Shown one piece after another: positions 26,385 through 32,000 of a stretch of 32,000 bases of DNA. Under the pieces are notes generated by a model that made no database searches, was not told the DNA's origin, and saw nothing but the letters and a program-made list of their open reading frames with translations. A program made the position numbers and the translations under genes. This stretch comes from Candidatus Saccharimonadota bacterium. Lineage in GTDB: Archaea > Micrarchaeota > Micrarchaeia > Micrarchaeales > Micrarchaeaceae. The stretch spans positions 1,050,001 through 1,082,000 of the forward strand of contig OY970071.1 of NCBI GenBank assembly GCA_963705375.1, in the 5' to 3' direction. Within the stretch, counting starts at the first letter, position 1. Each line of letters begins with the position of its first letter.

Positions 26385-26816
26385 ATGCCTACAAAGAAAA
26401 AGATGGTAAAACCAGCAAAGAAAAGGATGGTAAAATCTGTAAATAAAAGAAATTGTCTGAGCATAGCTGGAGGAGGTCTACTGTTTGTTGGTGCGGCATT
26501 GTACTTGTACGTAACATTCCGATGGTACACAACCGGCTCGTTTGGAGCATGGCTCTCTTCGACGGTGTTCCTGGCCCCGTTCTTGGCGGCGTTTATTGGA
26601 GTGGGCTCCATAGTCATGTTACTTCTGGGTGGCGGATTGATGCTTAACATAATGCCCCAATACTCGAAGAACACATGGGCGTGGCGGCTTATCGCTGCAG
26701 CAGGCATCGCTCTGCTGATAGTTACTCAGGGCACTATGGCTTTCTGGATAGCCGTGCTGGGGTTTGTGTTGGCCTTTGTCGGCACTGATATGGCTGCATC
26801 GATGCTGCGGATTTAG
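26385..26816 (+). CDS. Integral membrane protein (about 4 TM) with a lysine-rich N-terminus
   Basis: Within ORF 26376..26816; ATG at 26385 (MPTKKKMVKPAKKRMVKSVNKR), followed by four hydrophobic segments. Confidence 0.6.
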   Translation: MPTKKKMVKPAKKRMVKSVNKRNCLSIAGGGLLFVGAALYLYVTFRWYTTGSFGAWLSSTVFLAPFLAAFIGVGSIVMLLLGGGLMLNIMPQYSKNTWAWRLIAAAGIALLIVTQGTMAFWIAVLGFVLAFVGTDMAASMLRI

Positions 26817-27043
26817 ATAAGATTTTCTGCTTCCGTACTCGAAGCGGGAGTGCCGAACGACGGCGTATACCTATTCAGCAGATTGTGCAAGGCATCTGCG
26901 GCAGCACGGGCAGTCCGTCAATGATTCCGAAGAAAACGCAAATCGCCCTTGCCGAGCGTTAGTAGCATAAGTATAACGTACCTGATTGGATTCAGGCATG
27001 GTTATCACAATCATTATATAGAAATGAAATATTAAATCTTGCT

Positions 27044-27244
27044 ATGGAGTTCTGGAAGCTGCGAACACATCAAAGAGGCAAGAAGAACGAGTCTCGCGTC
27101 GTGGTGCTCAAGAGCGGCCAGCACATTACAACATTGCCTCGCTTTATTGTGGATAGGTTGCACATAAACAAGGGCGATAAGCTCGAATGGAGCGAAGCAG
27201 GCGAGCGCAGGGTGCTCATCGAGATAATCACTGAGCCTCAGTGA
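27044..27244 (+). CDS. AbrB/SpoVT-like DNA-binding protein
   Basis: 66-aa ORF. The segment ITTLPRFIVDRLHINKGDKLEWSEAGERRVLIEI fits the swapped-hairpin pattern (iPkxivdxLxixxGDxlxw...). Confidence 0.65.
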   Translation: MEFWKLRTHQRGKKNESRVVVLKSGQHITTLPRFIVDRLHINKGDKLEWSEAGERRVLIEIITEPQ

Positions 27245-27258
27245 GAACGTGCTGCAGG

Positions 27259-27280
27259 GCGCAACTGTGCGCATAGTTTT
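27259..27280. terminator. Candidate bidirectional terminator: hairpin gcgca-actg-tgcgc followed by tagtttt
   Basis: It lies between the convergent genes ending at 27244 (+) and 27286 (-). It has a 5-bp stem and a T4 run. Confidence 0.25.
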
Positions 27281-27285
27281 CTACA

Positions 27286-27567
27286 TTAGCGCCTATTCCT
27301 GCACGTCTTAGTGTGGAAGCCCCGTAAGTTCCTTTCGTGCCTGTGCAGGTCGTTCATGCTGTAAGGTTTAAAGCGCGGCTCAGGCCCCGTGCTTACGCCC
27401 AATAGCTTTGAGCGTTCCTTCTGGACATTAATAACTTTATCAACAGTTGATAAAGTTTTACCTCTTCCATGATGCGTTAGCGCCTTCGCCTTCGCAGCGA
27501 TTATCTCGTCCCGCTTGTCGAGAAGCTGGCCTTTGGTTATGAGGGGGAGATTAGTATCTGCCTTCAT
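27286..27567 (-). CDS. Hypothetical basic protein (93 aa)
   Basis: Within ORF 27286..27627. ATG 27567 lies 4 nt after the upstream gene's stop (MKADTNLPLITKGQLLDKRDEII...). Confidence 0.5.
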   Translation of the reverse strand: MKADTNLPLITKGQLLDKRDEIIAAKAKALTHHGRGKTLSTVDKVINVQKERSKLLGVSTGPEPRFKPYSMNDLHRHERNLRGFHTKTCRNRR

Positions 27568-27571
27568 GCTA

Positions 27572-28285
27572 TCAGCCGAACCAGCCCTTCTTCTTAGGTG
27601 TAGGAGCAGGCTCAAGCTGTTTAACATGGTGCGACTGCATAAACCACGTTATAAAACGCTCTCGTTCCCAGGCGCACATATCAGGATAATCTCTCCTTAC
27701 TTTATCTGCGAACGCCTCGTAACGCTCCGCTTGCTGCGTCATGCGTTGCAGTTCTGCGCCGTGCTTCTCGCCTATCTCTGCCATGCGCTTCTGCGTCTCT
27801 GAGTTCGGCGCTTCTTTCTGCGTAAGTATCTCGCTTGTCAGTTCTGCAATCTTGCCTTGCAGCGCATTGTTGCTCTCCTGCTCTCGTGCTATCTGCGCGT
27901 TGAGGCCCTGCTCTCGCAAAGTATATTCGCCTTCGAGACGGTCTGCTGCTGCTTTCACGTCTCTCAGTTCTTCGTTGAGCTTGCGTATCTCAGTATCGTA
28001 TTCCTGCGAGCGATCTGCACCTATCTTGTGAATCTGATTCTCTGCTTCTAATTGGTAACACTTAGTCCGCATATCCTCGTAAGACGTTATCATTTCTCTT
28101 AGCTGCTCTGGTGTCTGATAGCCGAAGTTATTGAGCGTCTGAGCGTCTGCCGTCGCTTGTTCAGGGCATAGGATAGCTGCGTTAATTGCAGCGTTGCATA
28201 TCTGTGAGATGTTTAGGTGCGCTTCTTTCGCTTTCTGCGCTAAGAAAACATCAACGGTAACGGTTAAGTGCTGTTTGCTGCTCAT
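27572..28285 (-). CDS. RHH-like N-terminus fused to a long coiled coil (237 aa)
   Basis: The N-terminus HLTVTVDVFLAQKAKEAHLNISQICNAAINAAI fits a strand-helix-helix (ribbon-helix-helix) pattern. It is followed by about 130 aa of E/Q/R/L-rich heptad-like sequence. Confidence 0.55.
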   Translation of the reverse strand: MSSKQHLTVTVDVFLAQKAKEAHLNISQICNAAINAAILCPEQATADAQTLNNFGYQTPEQLREMITSYEDMRTKCYQLEAENQIHKIGADRSQEYDTEIRKLNEELRDVKAAADRLEGEYTLREQGLNAQIAREQESNNALQGKIAELTSEILTQKEAPNSETQKRMAEIGEKHGAELQRMTQQAERYEAFADKVRRDYPDMCAWERERFITWFMQSHHVKQLEPAPTPKKKGWFG

Positions 28286-28481
28286 TCAATCGATTATGCA
28301 ACATAAACCGAGAATTAAATATTTTTGAATACGGAATACGTATGTATTGAAAGATTTAAATAGTTCTAATAGACCTCTACCTTATATATATGATAATTAA
28401 GCATGTGAAAGCACGTACGTATTACTTGTTTCTAATACCTTCTTAGATAATTGCTCAATCTCTATGCACTTTTTGCCTTTA

Positions 28482-28499
28482 ATAACTAGAATAACTAGA
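28482..28499. repeat. Tandem 9-mer ataactaga x2
   Basis: Read directly: 28482-28490 and 28491-28499. Confidence 0.85.
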
Positions 28500-28519
28500 A
28501 TATCTCTTTAAAGAGATAT
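28500..28519. repeat. Perfect 20-bp palindrome atatctctttaaagagatat
   Basis: atatctcttt (28500-28509) is the exact reverse complement of aaagagatat (28510-28519). Confidence 0.95.
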
Positions 28520-28567
28520 TAAAGATATTCTAGATATTATAGATATTAAAGATATTCTAGATATTAA
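28514..28567. repeat. Six AGATATT heptads at exact 9-bp spacing, equivalent to two copies of a 27-bp unit; candidate iterons
   Basis: Heptads start at 28514, 28523, 28532, 28541, 28550 and 28559. Their spacers are aa, ct, at, aa, ct, aa. The array ends 15 nt downstream of the 446-aa gene stop and lies 230-290 nt upstream of the RHH/coiled-coil gene. Confidence 0.9.
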
Positions 28568-28581
28568 AGCAAAACGACATA

Positions 28582-29922
28582 TCATAGTGCTTTCTGGCTC
28601 TTGGACAGTTCGGAATATGTCGGAAGTTCGAGCTTCTCTTCTGGCTTCTCGTACAACTGTGAGAGAGAATACCATTCAATATCTCGGTTAAGTTGATCTT
28701 TCATCGGATTAACTTGCAGAATGCCGTGCCTTACCATAATTCCCAAGTTCTTTTGTAGGGTGGTAAGAGATACAAAGCTCATGCTGGACGCATGAAGTTC
28801 TGATGCAGATTTATTTAATGCAGGATTCTTCACAAACTCTGCTAAGATTTTCTTCTGGTCGAGCGTAAGGGGAATCATGTATTTATTCGATGTCAGTTTC
28901 AGGAAGCATTCTCTTGCGATGTCGTAATCCTGACCTTCTGCCAAGATATAGCCTTCTGGGTCCGTCTTTCTCTGATGTTGATAGAATGCCGCACTCGCAG
29001 AAATAAAATCGAGCAGTCTCGAATAATTAGTTCGCATGATTACGCTTTTTGTCGGCAGACGTTCGTCTATCAGTTCGGCAAAAGGAATCCGCACTCTCAC
29101 ACGTTTTAGATATTTGAGGGCGTCGGTATATTTAGGATCGTATTCAGGAACAATCCCGACCTTCTTAAACTGCGAATGCCGTTTCATAATTAGCTTCGTC
29201 TGTTCTTCTGTGCTGTCTAAATTCAGAATCGCAAACCTTCGGATTAATTCAGAATTCGGCGTCGCTGTCGCTGTGGTTATTACCATTACGGGCTTCCCCT
29301 CGATTTCGATGTCATACGTTCTCTGCTTTATGACGATTGTTGCAGAGCTTCCCGTCGAACACATGACCTTAAATACGTCTGAATTGAGGACGCCTTCGCT
29401 TATGTCTTCCGCGACAAATACCTTGCCGTTCCATGTCCATTCAGGCTCGAATTTCGGATTATGCCAATATGTGAATGCCGTCGGGCTGATTCTTGTCCTA
29501 TGCACATATCTTTCTTTCGGAAGAATGCTCATAACTGCATTTACAACGTAATCTTTCCCTACGCCCGCGTCGTCGTTAATCAGAAGATTGTACGACGCGA
29601 CATTCGCATTCTCGACCAGATGCCCCAACATGCACAGAAATATAACTTTACGCGTTTCCTGCTCGCCTACGATTTTCTTGTCGAATTCCTGCCTTGTGAT
29701 TAAATCGAAGAGTGCAGGATTGCATAGAATCTCTCGGGAGTCGTCTGATACTTCACCTACACAAGCGTCGTTTTTATCTGACTTCTGCGATTCCAGCTCT
29801 CTGATTGCAGCCTCTCCTTCTAAGATTCTATATTCGGGCGTCTCTTGCCGCTTCGCTTCGACAAGCTCCGCTATGCGCCGCGAAAGCTGCTCGTCGCTTA
29901 GTTCTTTAAGATTCTCAGTCAT
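28582..29922 (-). CDS. Deviant P-loop NTPase with a possible C-terminal winged helix; putative replication or initiator protein of the element
   Basis: 446-aa ORF. It has a Walker A-like NLLINDDAGVGKDYV (aa 119-124), a Walker B-like KVFVAEDISEG (aa 168-173) and a motif-C-like VMVITTATATPN. The C-terminal segment LTLDQKKILAEFVKNP...LTTLQKNLGIMVRHGILQV looks like a wHTH. The family is not recognised. Confidence 0.6.
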   Translation of the reverse strand: MTENLKELSDEQLSRRIAELVEAKRQETPEYRILEGEAAIRELESQKSDKNDACVGEVSDDSREILCNPALFDLITRQEFDKKIVGEQETRKVIFLCMLGHLVENANVASYNLLINDDAGVGKDYVVNAVMSILPKERYVHRTRISPTAFTYWHNPKFEPEWTWNGKVFVAEDISEGVLNSDVFKVMCSTGSSATIVIKQRTYDIEIEGKPVMVITTATATPNSELIRRFAILNLDSTEEQTKLIMKRHSQFKKVGIVPEYDPKYTDALKYLKRVRVRIPFAELIDERLPTKSVIMRTNYSRLLDFISASAAFYQHQRKTDPEGYILAEGQDYDIARECFLKLTSNKYMIPLTLDQKKILAEFVKNPALNKSASELHASSMSFVSLTTLQKNLGIMVRHGILQVNPMKDQLNRDIEWYSLSQLYEKPEEKLELPTYSELSKSQKAL

Positions 29923-30080
29923 TCGCTCACATTATTTTTCATGCCCATCATACGAAGTTTGACTATCGTTGTAGAGACTTTATGCCGCACGCTGTGAAAC
30001 TTGTTACAAGCCGAACACCAGACTTGTTCGACATAACCTGTCTTGCACGTAGGCTTCGCTGCGTGTGCTCTATCTTGCAT
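29919..30080 (-). CDS. Candidate 53-aa zinc-finger protein (MQDRAHAAKPTCKTGYVEQVWCSACNKFHSVRHKV...)
   Basis: Below the ORF-track cutoff; found by hand. Its ATG at 30080 lies 1 nt after the upstream stop. Its TGA overlaps the ATG of the 446-aa gene (ATGA). It carries a C-x9-CxxC-x3-H-x3-H pattern. Confidence 0.5.
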   Translation of the reverse strand: MQDRAHAAKPTCKTGYVEQVWCSACNKFHSVRHKVSTTIVKLRMMGMKNNVSE

Positions 30081-30081
30081 A

Positions 30082-30378
30082 TTACCCCTCGCTTGTCTGG
30101 GACGGCAGTTTCTCTGTCGCTTCGCAGAGCTTCCGCTTGCGCTCCATAATGTACGGCTTCCACTTGTCGATTAAGTCCTTGCTCCGCACAAGCAAAATGG
30201 CGCCGTTGTCCCTGTCTATGACTGCAATAAAAACTTCATCTCCGTTCAGGCCGAGTTTCTGTTTAATGCATTTGTGCAGGCGAATGTCTACCCCTGCGGT
30301 GTGCATGGGGTACGCTCTGACGACGTCGACGTCGTCTTCATAATCCTTAAGTAGCCCGTCGGTGTTAGTGTTTTTCAT
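30082..30378 (-). CDS. AbrB/SpoVT-like domain protein (98 aa)
   Basis: The segment GVDIRLHKCIKQKLGLNGDEVFIAVIDRDNGAILLV fits the AbrB-type swapped-hairpin pattern. Confidence 0.6.
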   Translation of the reverse strand: MKNTNTDGLLKDYEDDVDVVRAYPMHTAGVDIRLHKCIKQKLGLNGDEVFIAVIDRDNGAILLVRSKDLIDKWKPYIMERKRKLCEATEKLPSQTSEG

Positions 30379-30490
30379 ATAAATCCCTGTGCTCCGATTG
30401 AGACTTCGTCGTTTCCTTCGGAGATTCTTTTCCTTCTTGCTGTGCTGCCCAGAGCAAAACTTTCTCGATTAGCTCTCGTTTATCACGCAT
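30365..30490 (-). CDS. Candidate 41-aa protein (MRDKRELIEKVLLWAAQQEGKESPKETTKSQSEHRDLYEKH)
   Basis: Below the cutoff; translated by hand. Its ATG overlaps the RHH gene's stop (ATGCGTGA). Its 3' end overlaps the next gene's start by 14 nt. Confidence 0.35.
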   Translation of the reverse strand: MRDKRELIEKVLLWAAQQEGKESPKETTKSQSEHRDLYEKH

Positions 30491-30623
30491 GGGTACTCGC
30501 CTCTCTGTACTTCTGAAGCGCCTTGCGGATTACGAAGCTCATAGACAGCCCCTCGCACTTCTGCTTGCGTAGGAAGAGTTTGTCGTCGTCTGTGAGGCTT
30601 ATCATAATTCTGTTTGCTGCCAT
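30483..30623 (-). CDS. Ribbon-helix-helix (CopG/Arc-like) protein, 46 aa
   Basis: Below the cutoff; translated by hand: MAANRIMISLTDDDKLFLRKQKCEGLSMSFVIRKALQKYREASTHA. It has a beta-strand (RIMISL) followed by two helices, as in RHH repressors. It is the first gene of the operon. Confidence 0.6.
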   Translation of the reverse strand: MAANRIMISLTDDDKLFLRKQKCEGLSMSFVIRKALQKYREASTHA

Positions 30624-30829
30624 GTGATGCAAATCGATATAAATATTATTATCAAACTATGTGAAATATGCAAACGAGCAGTAAACATCTGCATAAACTT
30701 TCAGGAGATAATGACGCTACACCGACGATATCGCCGCGCAGACGAAATTACAATAAGAAATATCATAAGAGATATCGGGCAAGACACAGAGTCAGGCTAT
30801 CGAAATATGTGCTCGAACAGATCGGTATC
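30624..30829. promoter_or_regulatory. AT-rich divergent promoter region of the element
   Basis: It lies between the RHH operon (-) and the 30830 gene (+). It contains gatataaatattattatc and two atgcaaa(t/c)g boxes, at about 30626-30634 and 30666-30674. Confidence 0.3.
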
Positions 30830-31162
30830 ATGACTTCCCTTGCGAAATTCAGCGAGGAGAACGCCCTGAGCGACGAAGAGATAGATAAAAAATTGATGCT
30901 GAAGGGTCTGCCCTTAGTTCATAGCTATAACAATCTGAAGAAGCTGGGCGTGCTTAACCCTGTTCTATTAACGAGCCGCGTAGGGAGGAGATACATGCCA
31001 AAATTGCAACGGGTAGGCGTTAAACGAACAATAACCGAATCTATGATTGTGCGTCCAATCATAGAAAGGGAAGCAGCGAAAATGATACAGGAGGGCAACC
31101 TCAACCCCTCTAATGCAGAATTAAGGGCAAGACTAAAGAAAGCGTTCACACCTCATGCATGA
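30830..31162 (+). CDS. Hypothetical protein (111 aa)
   Basis: Within ORF 30668..31162. ATG 30830 (MTSLAKFSEENALSDEEIDKK...) is preferred. The upstream 54 codons are R/K/H-rich and overlap the promoter region. Confidence 0.45.
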   Translation: MTSLAKFSEENALSDEEIDKKLMLKGLPLVHSYNNLKKLGVLNPVLLTSRVGRRYMPKLQRVGVKRTITESMIVRPIIEREAAKMIQEGNLNPSNAELRARLKKAFTPHA

Positions 31163-31163
31163 A

Positions 31164-32000
31164 TTATGACTTTATGCTATCAATCTCTTGCTTTGTCTTG
31201 CCGTCTATGTGCTGATAGAGTCGGTCTATCGCGTCTTCGAGCCTCTGCATACGCGCTTTTACTTCGTCGTAGTCGTTTAGCTGCGTAGCGACGTCGACAG
31301 TATCGAGATTAGTGCCGCACTTTACGCAGAAGCACTTGTCTATTGCGTAAATCTCGCCGCATTTCCTGCACGTCTTGTTCTGCTGCACGGGCTTCGGCTT
31401 TTCTTCTTTTATGCCAGTCATGCGTATCATTTCCTTATCTACGGCCTCGTTGCTCATCTTAACGTATGTCTCGACTTCCTTGCTGCCTGCCGTCCAGCCC
31501 ATCAACTTCCGCAGTACGCTCTCGTTTGTCTGTCCTGCGTACAGCGTCCCTGCTGTGAACCTGAACAGGTGCGGGTGTATGCGTTTCTGTATGCCCGTTC
31601 TCTCCTTCAAGTCCCTGAGCAGCTTATAGACGTTGAACGAATCGAGCATATTACCTGTTGCTGTTGTGAACAACGGAGCTTCGGGATCGCTGGGCCTGTA
31701 CGTGTTCATGTAGTCTATCAAATAGAGATAAACGAGGCTGTTCCGCGTGAACGGGAATTGACGCATACCTGTCTTGCCGTTCAGCACCACATAATGCACG
31801 TCCTTATCTGTCATCACCACATCCTTATAGCGCAGCGCGAGCAGTTCGCCTATCCTGCACCCGAAGTTCGCGAGCAGCGCGATTATGCACTTATCCCTGC
31901 TGCTCATGCAGGCCCTAAGCAGCGCTTCGATCTCCTTCTCTGTGAGCAGGTCTGAGGGCTGCTTCTCGTTCTTTGGGTGTTCTATCTTAATCCATTTAAC
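31164..32000 (-). CDS. Tyrosine recombinase/integrase with C-terminal zinc-ribbon extension, 5' end beyond the right edge
   Basis: ORF 31164..31907 stays open upstream to base 32000 (VKWIKIEHPKNEKQPSDLLTEKEIEALLRAC-MSSRDK...). Catalytic-domain elements are GCRIGELLALR, HPHLFRFT (HxxR), LMGW and ETYVKM (Tyr). Next comes CRKCGEIYAIDKCFCVKCG, then a helical tail. Confidence 0.88.
   Translation of the reverse strand, partial: VKWIKIEHPKNEKQPSDLLTEKEIEALLRACMSSRDKCIIALLANFGCRIGELLALRYKDVVMTDKDVHYVVLNGKTGMRQFPFTRNSLVYLYLIDYMNTYRPSDPEAPLFTTATGNMLDSFNVYKLLRDLKERTGIQKRIHPHLFRFTAGTLYAGQTNESVLRKLMGWTAGSKEVETYVKMSNEAVDKEMIRMTGIKEEKPKPVQQNKTCRKCGEIYAIDKCFCVKCGTNLDTVDVATQLNDYDEVKARMQRLEDAIDRLYQHIDGKTKQEIDSIKS

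Larger units (their letters stand above)
27044..32000. mobile_element. Integrated plasmid/provirus-like element. The left boundary is undefined, somewhere in 26817-27043. The element continues past the right edge.
   Basis: A tyrosine integrase sits at the right edge. The region also holds small RHH and AbrB regulators, a P-loop/winged-helix replication-type protein, an iteron/palindrome-rich AT-rich region and otherwise orphan genes. I found no att site or tRNA in the window. Confidence 0.6.

Noticed and set aside
26817-27043. Search for a tRNA gene or att site at the presumed left junction of the element
   Set aside because: I found only a small hairpin (cctga-ttggat-tcagg), with no T-loop consensus or cloverleaf. 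There is no second copy within the window to define a direct repeat.
27032-27274. 80-aa minus-strand ORF
   Set aside because: It is antisense to the AbrB-like gene, which has a recognisable fold pattern.
28482-28567. CRISPR or microsatellite interpretation of the heptad array
   Set aside because: The units are 7 bp with 2-bp spacers, far too short for CRISPR. The exact phasing and adjacent palindrome fit a protein-binding site better.
29963-30163. 66-aa minus-strand ORF from the track
   Set aside because: It straddles the 3' end of the AbrB-like gene and the hand-found 53-aa Zn-finger ORF in a different frame. The alternative ORFs show stop/start coupling, and this one does not.
30668-30829. 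N-terminal 54 codons of ORF 30668..31162 (R/K/H/Y-rich)
   Set aside because: They lie in the AT-rich divergent promoter region with skewed composition. ATG 30830 gives a more protein-like N-terminus. This is not excluded.

Overview
This window is an archaeal chromosomal segment. No searches were possible, so all calls rest on my own motif recognition and manual translation.

**Host backbone (1 to about 26.8 kb).** It carries information-processing genes in typical archaeal arrangements:
- aIF5B, and EF-1alpha followed by ribosomal protein S10
- Cdc48/VCP, and S6e followed by aIF2-gamma and a CBS protein
- Alba, DnaG primase and an EF-Tu-like pseudo-GTPase
- housekeeping enzymes: sugar nucleotidyltransferase, MsrB, threonine synthase, FKBP PPIase, cupin, serine hydrolase, phosphoesterase
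- an operon of PadR, ABC ATPase, ABC-2 permease, a COG1361-like surface protein and one unknown protein
- a solo-tnpA IS200-like element with two hairpins, beside a roughly 720-bp noncoding gap that holds a 78-bp tandem repeat

**Accessory region (about 27 kb to the right edge).** It looks like an integrated plasmid or provirus-like element and is my best candidate for something undescribed. Its parts are:
- a tyrosine integrase with a C-terminal zinc-ribbon extension
- a tightly overlapping five-gene operon: RHH, a 41-aa ORF, an AbrB-like protein, a 53-aa Zn-finger ORF, and a 446-aa deviant P-loop protein with a possible C-terminal winged helix. Three of these ORFs fall below the ORF-track size cutoff.
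- an AT-rich intergenic region with a 20-bp perfect palindrome and six AGATATT heptads at exact 9-bp spacing
- an RHH/coiled-coil protein and a second AbrB-like gene

**Window-wide anomaly.** At least 14 single-nucleotide frame disruptions occur in seven conserved genes, including essential ones (S6e, Cdc48, DnaG). Twelve of them need a +1 correction. I think consensus insertion errors are the most likely cause, but only the reads can settle it.

I recognised no rRNA, tRNA or CRISPR array by eye.
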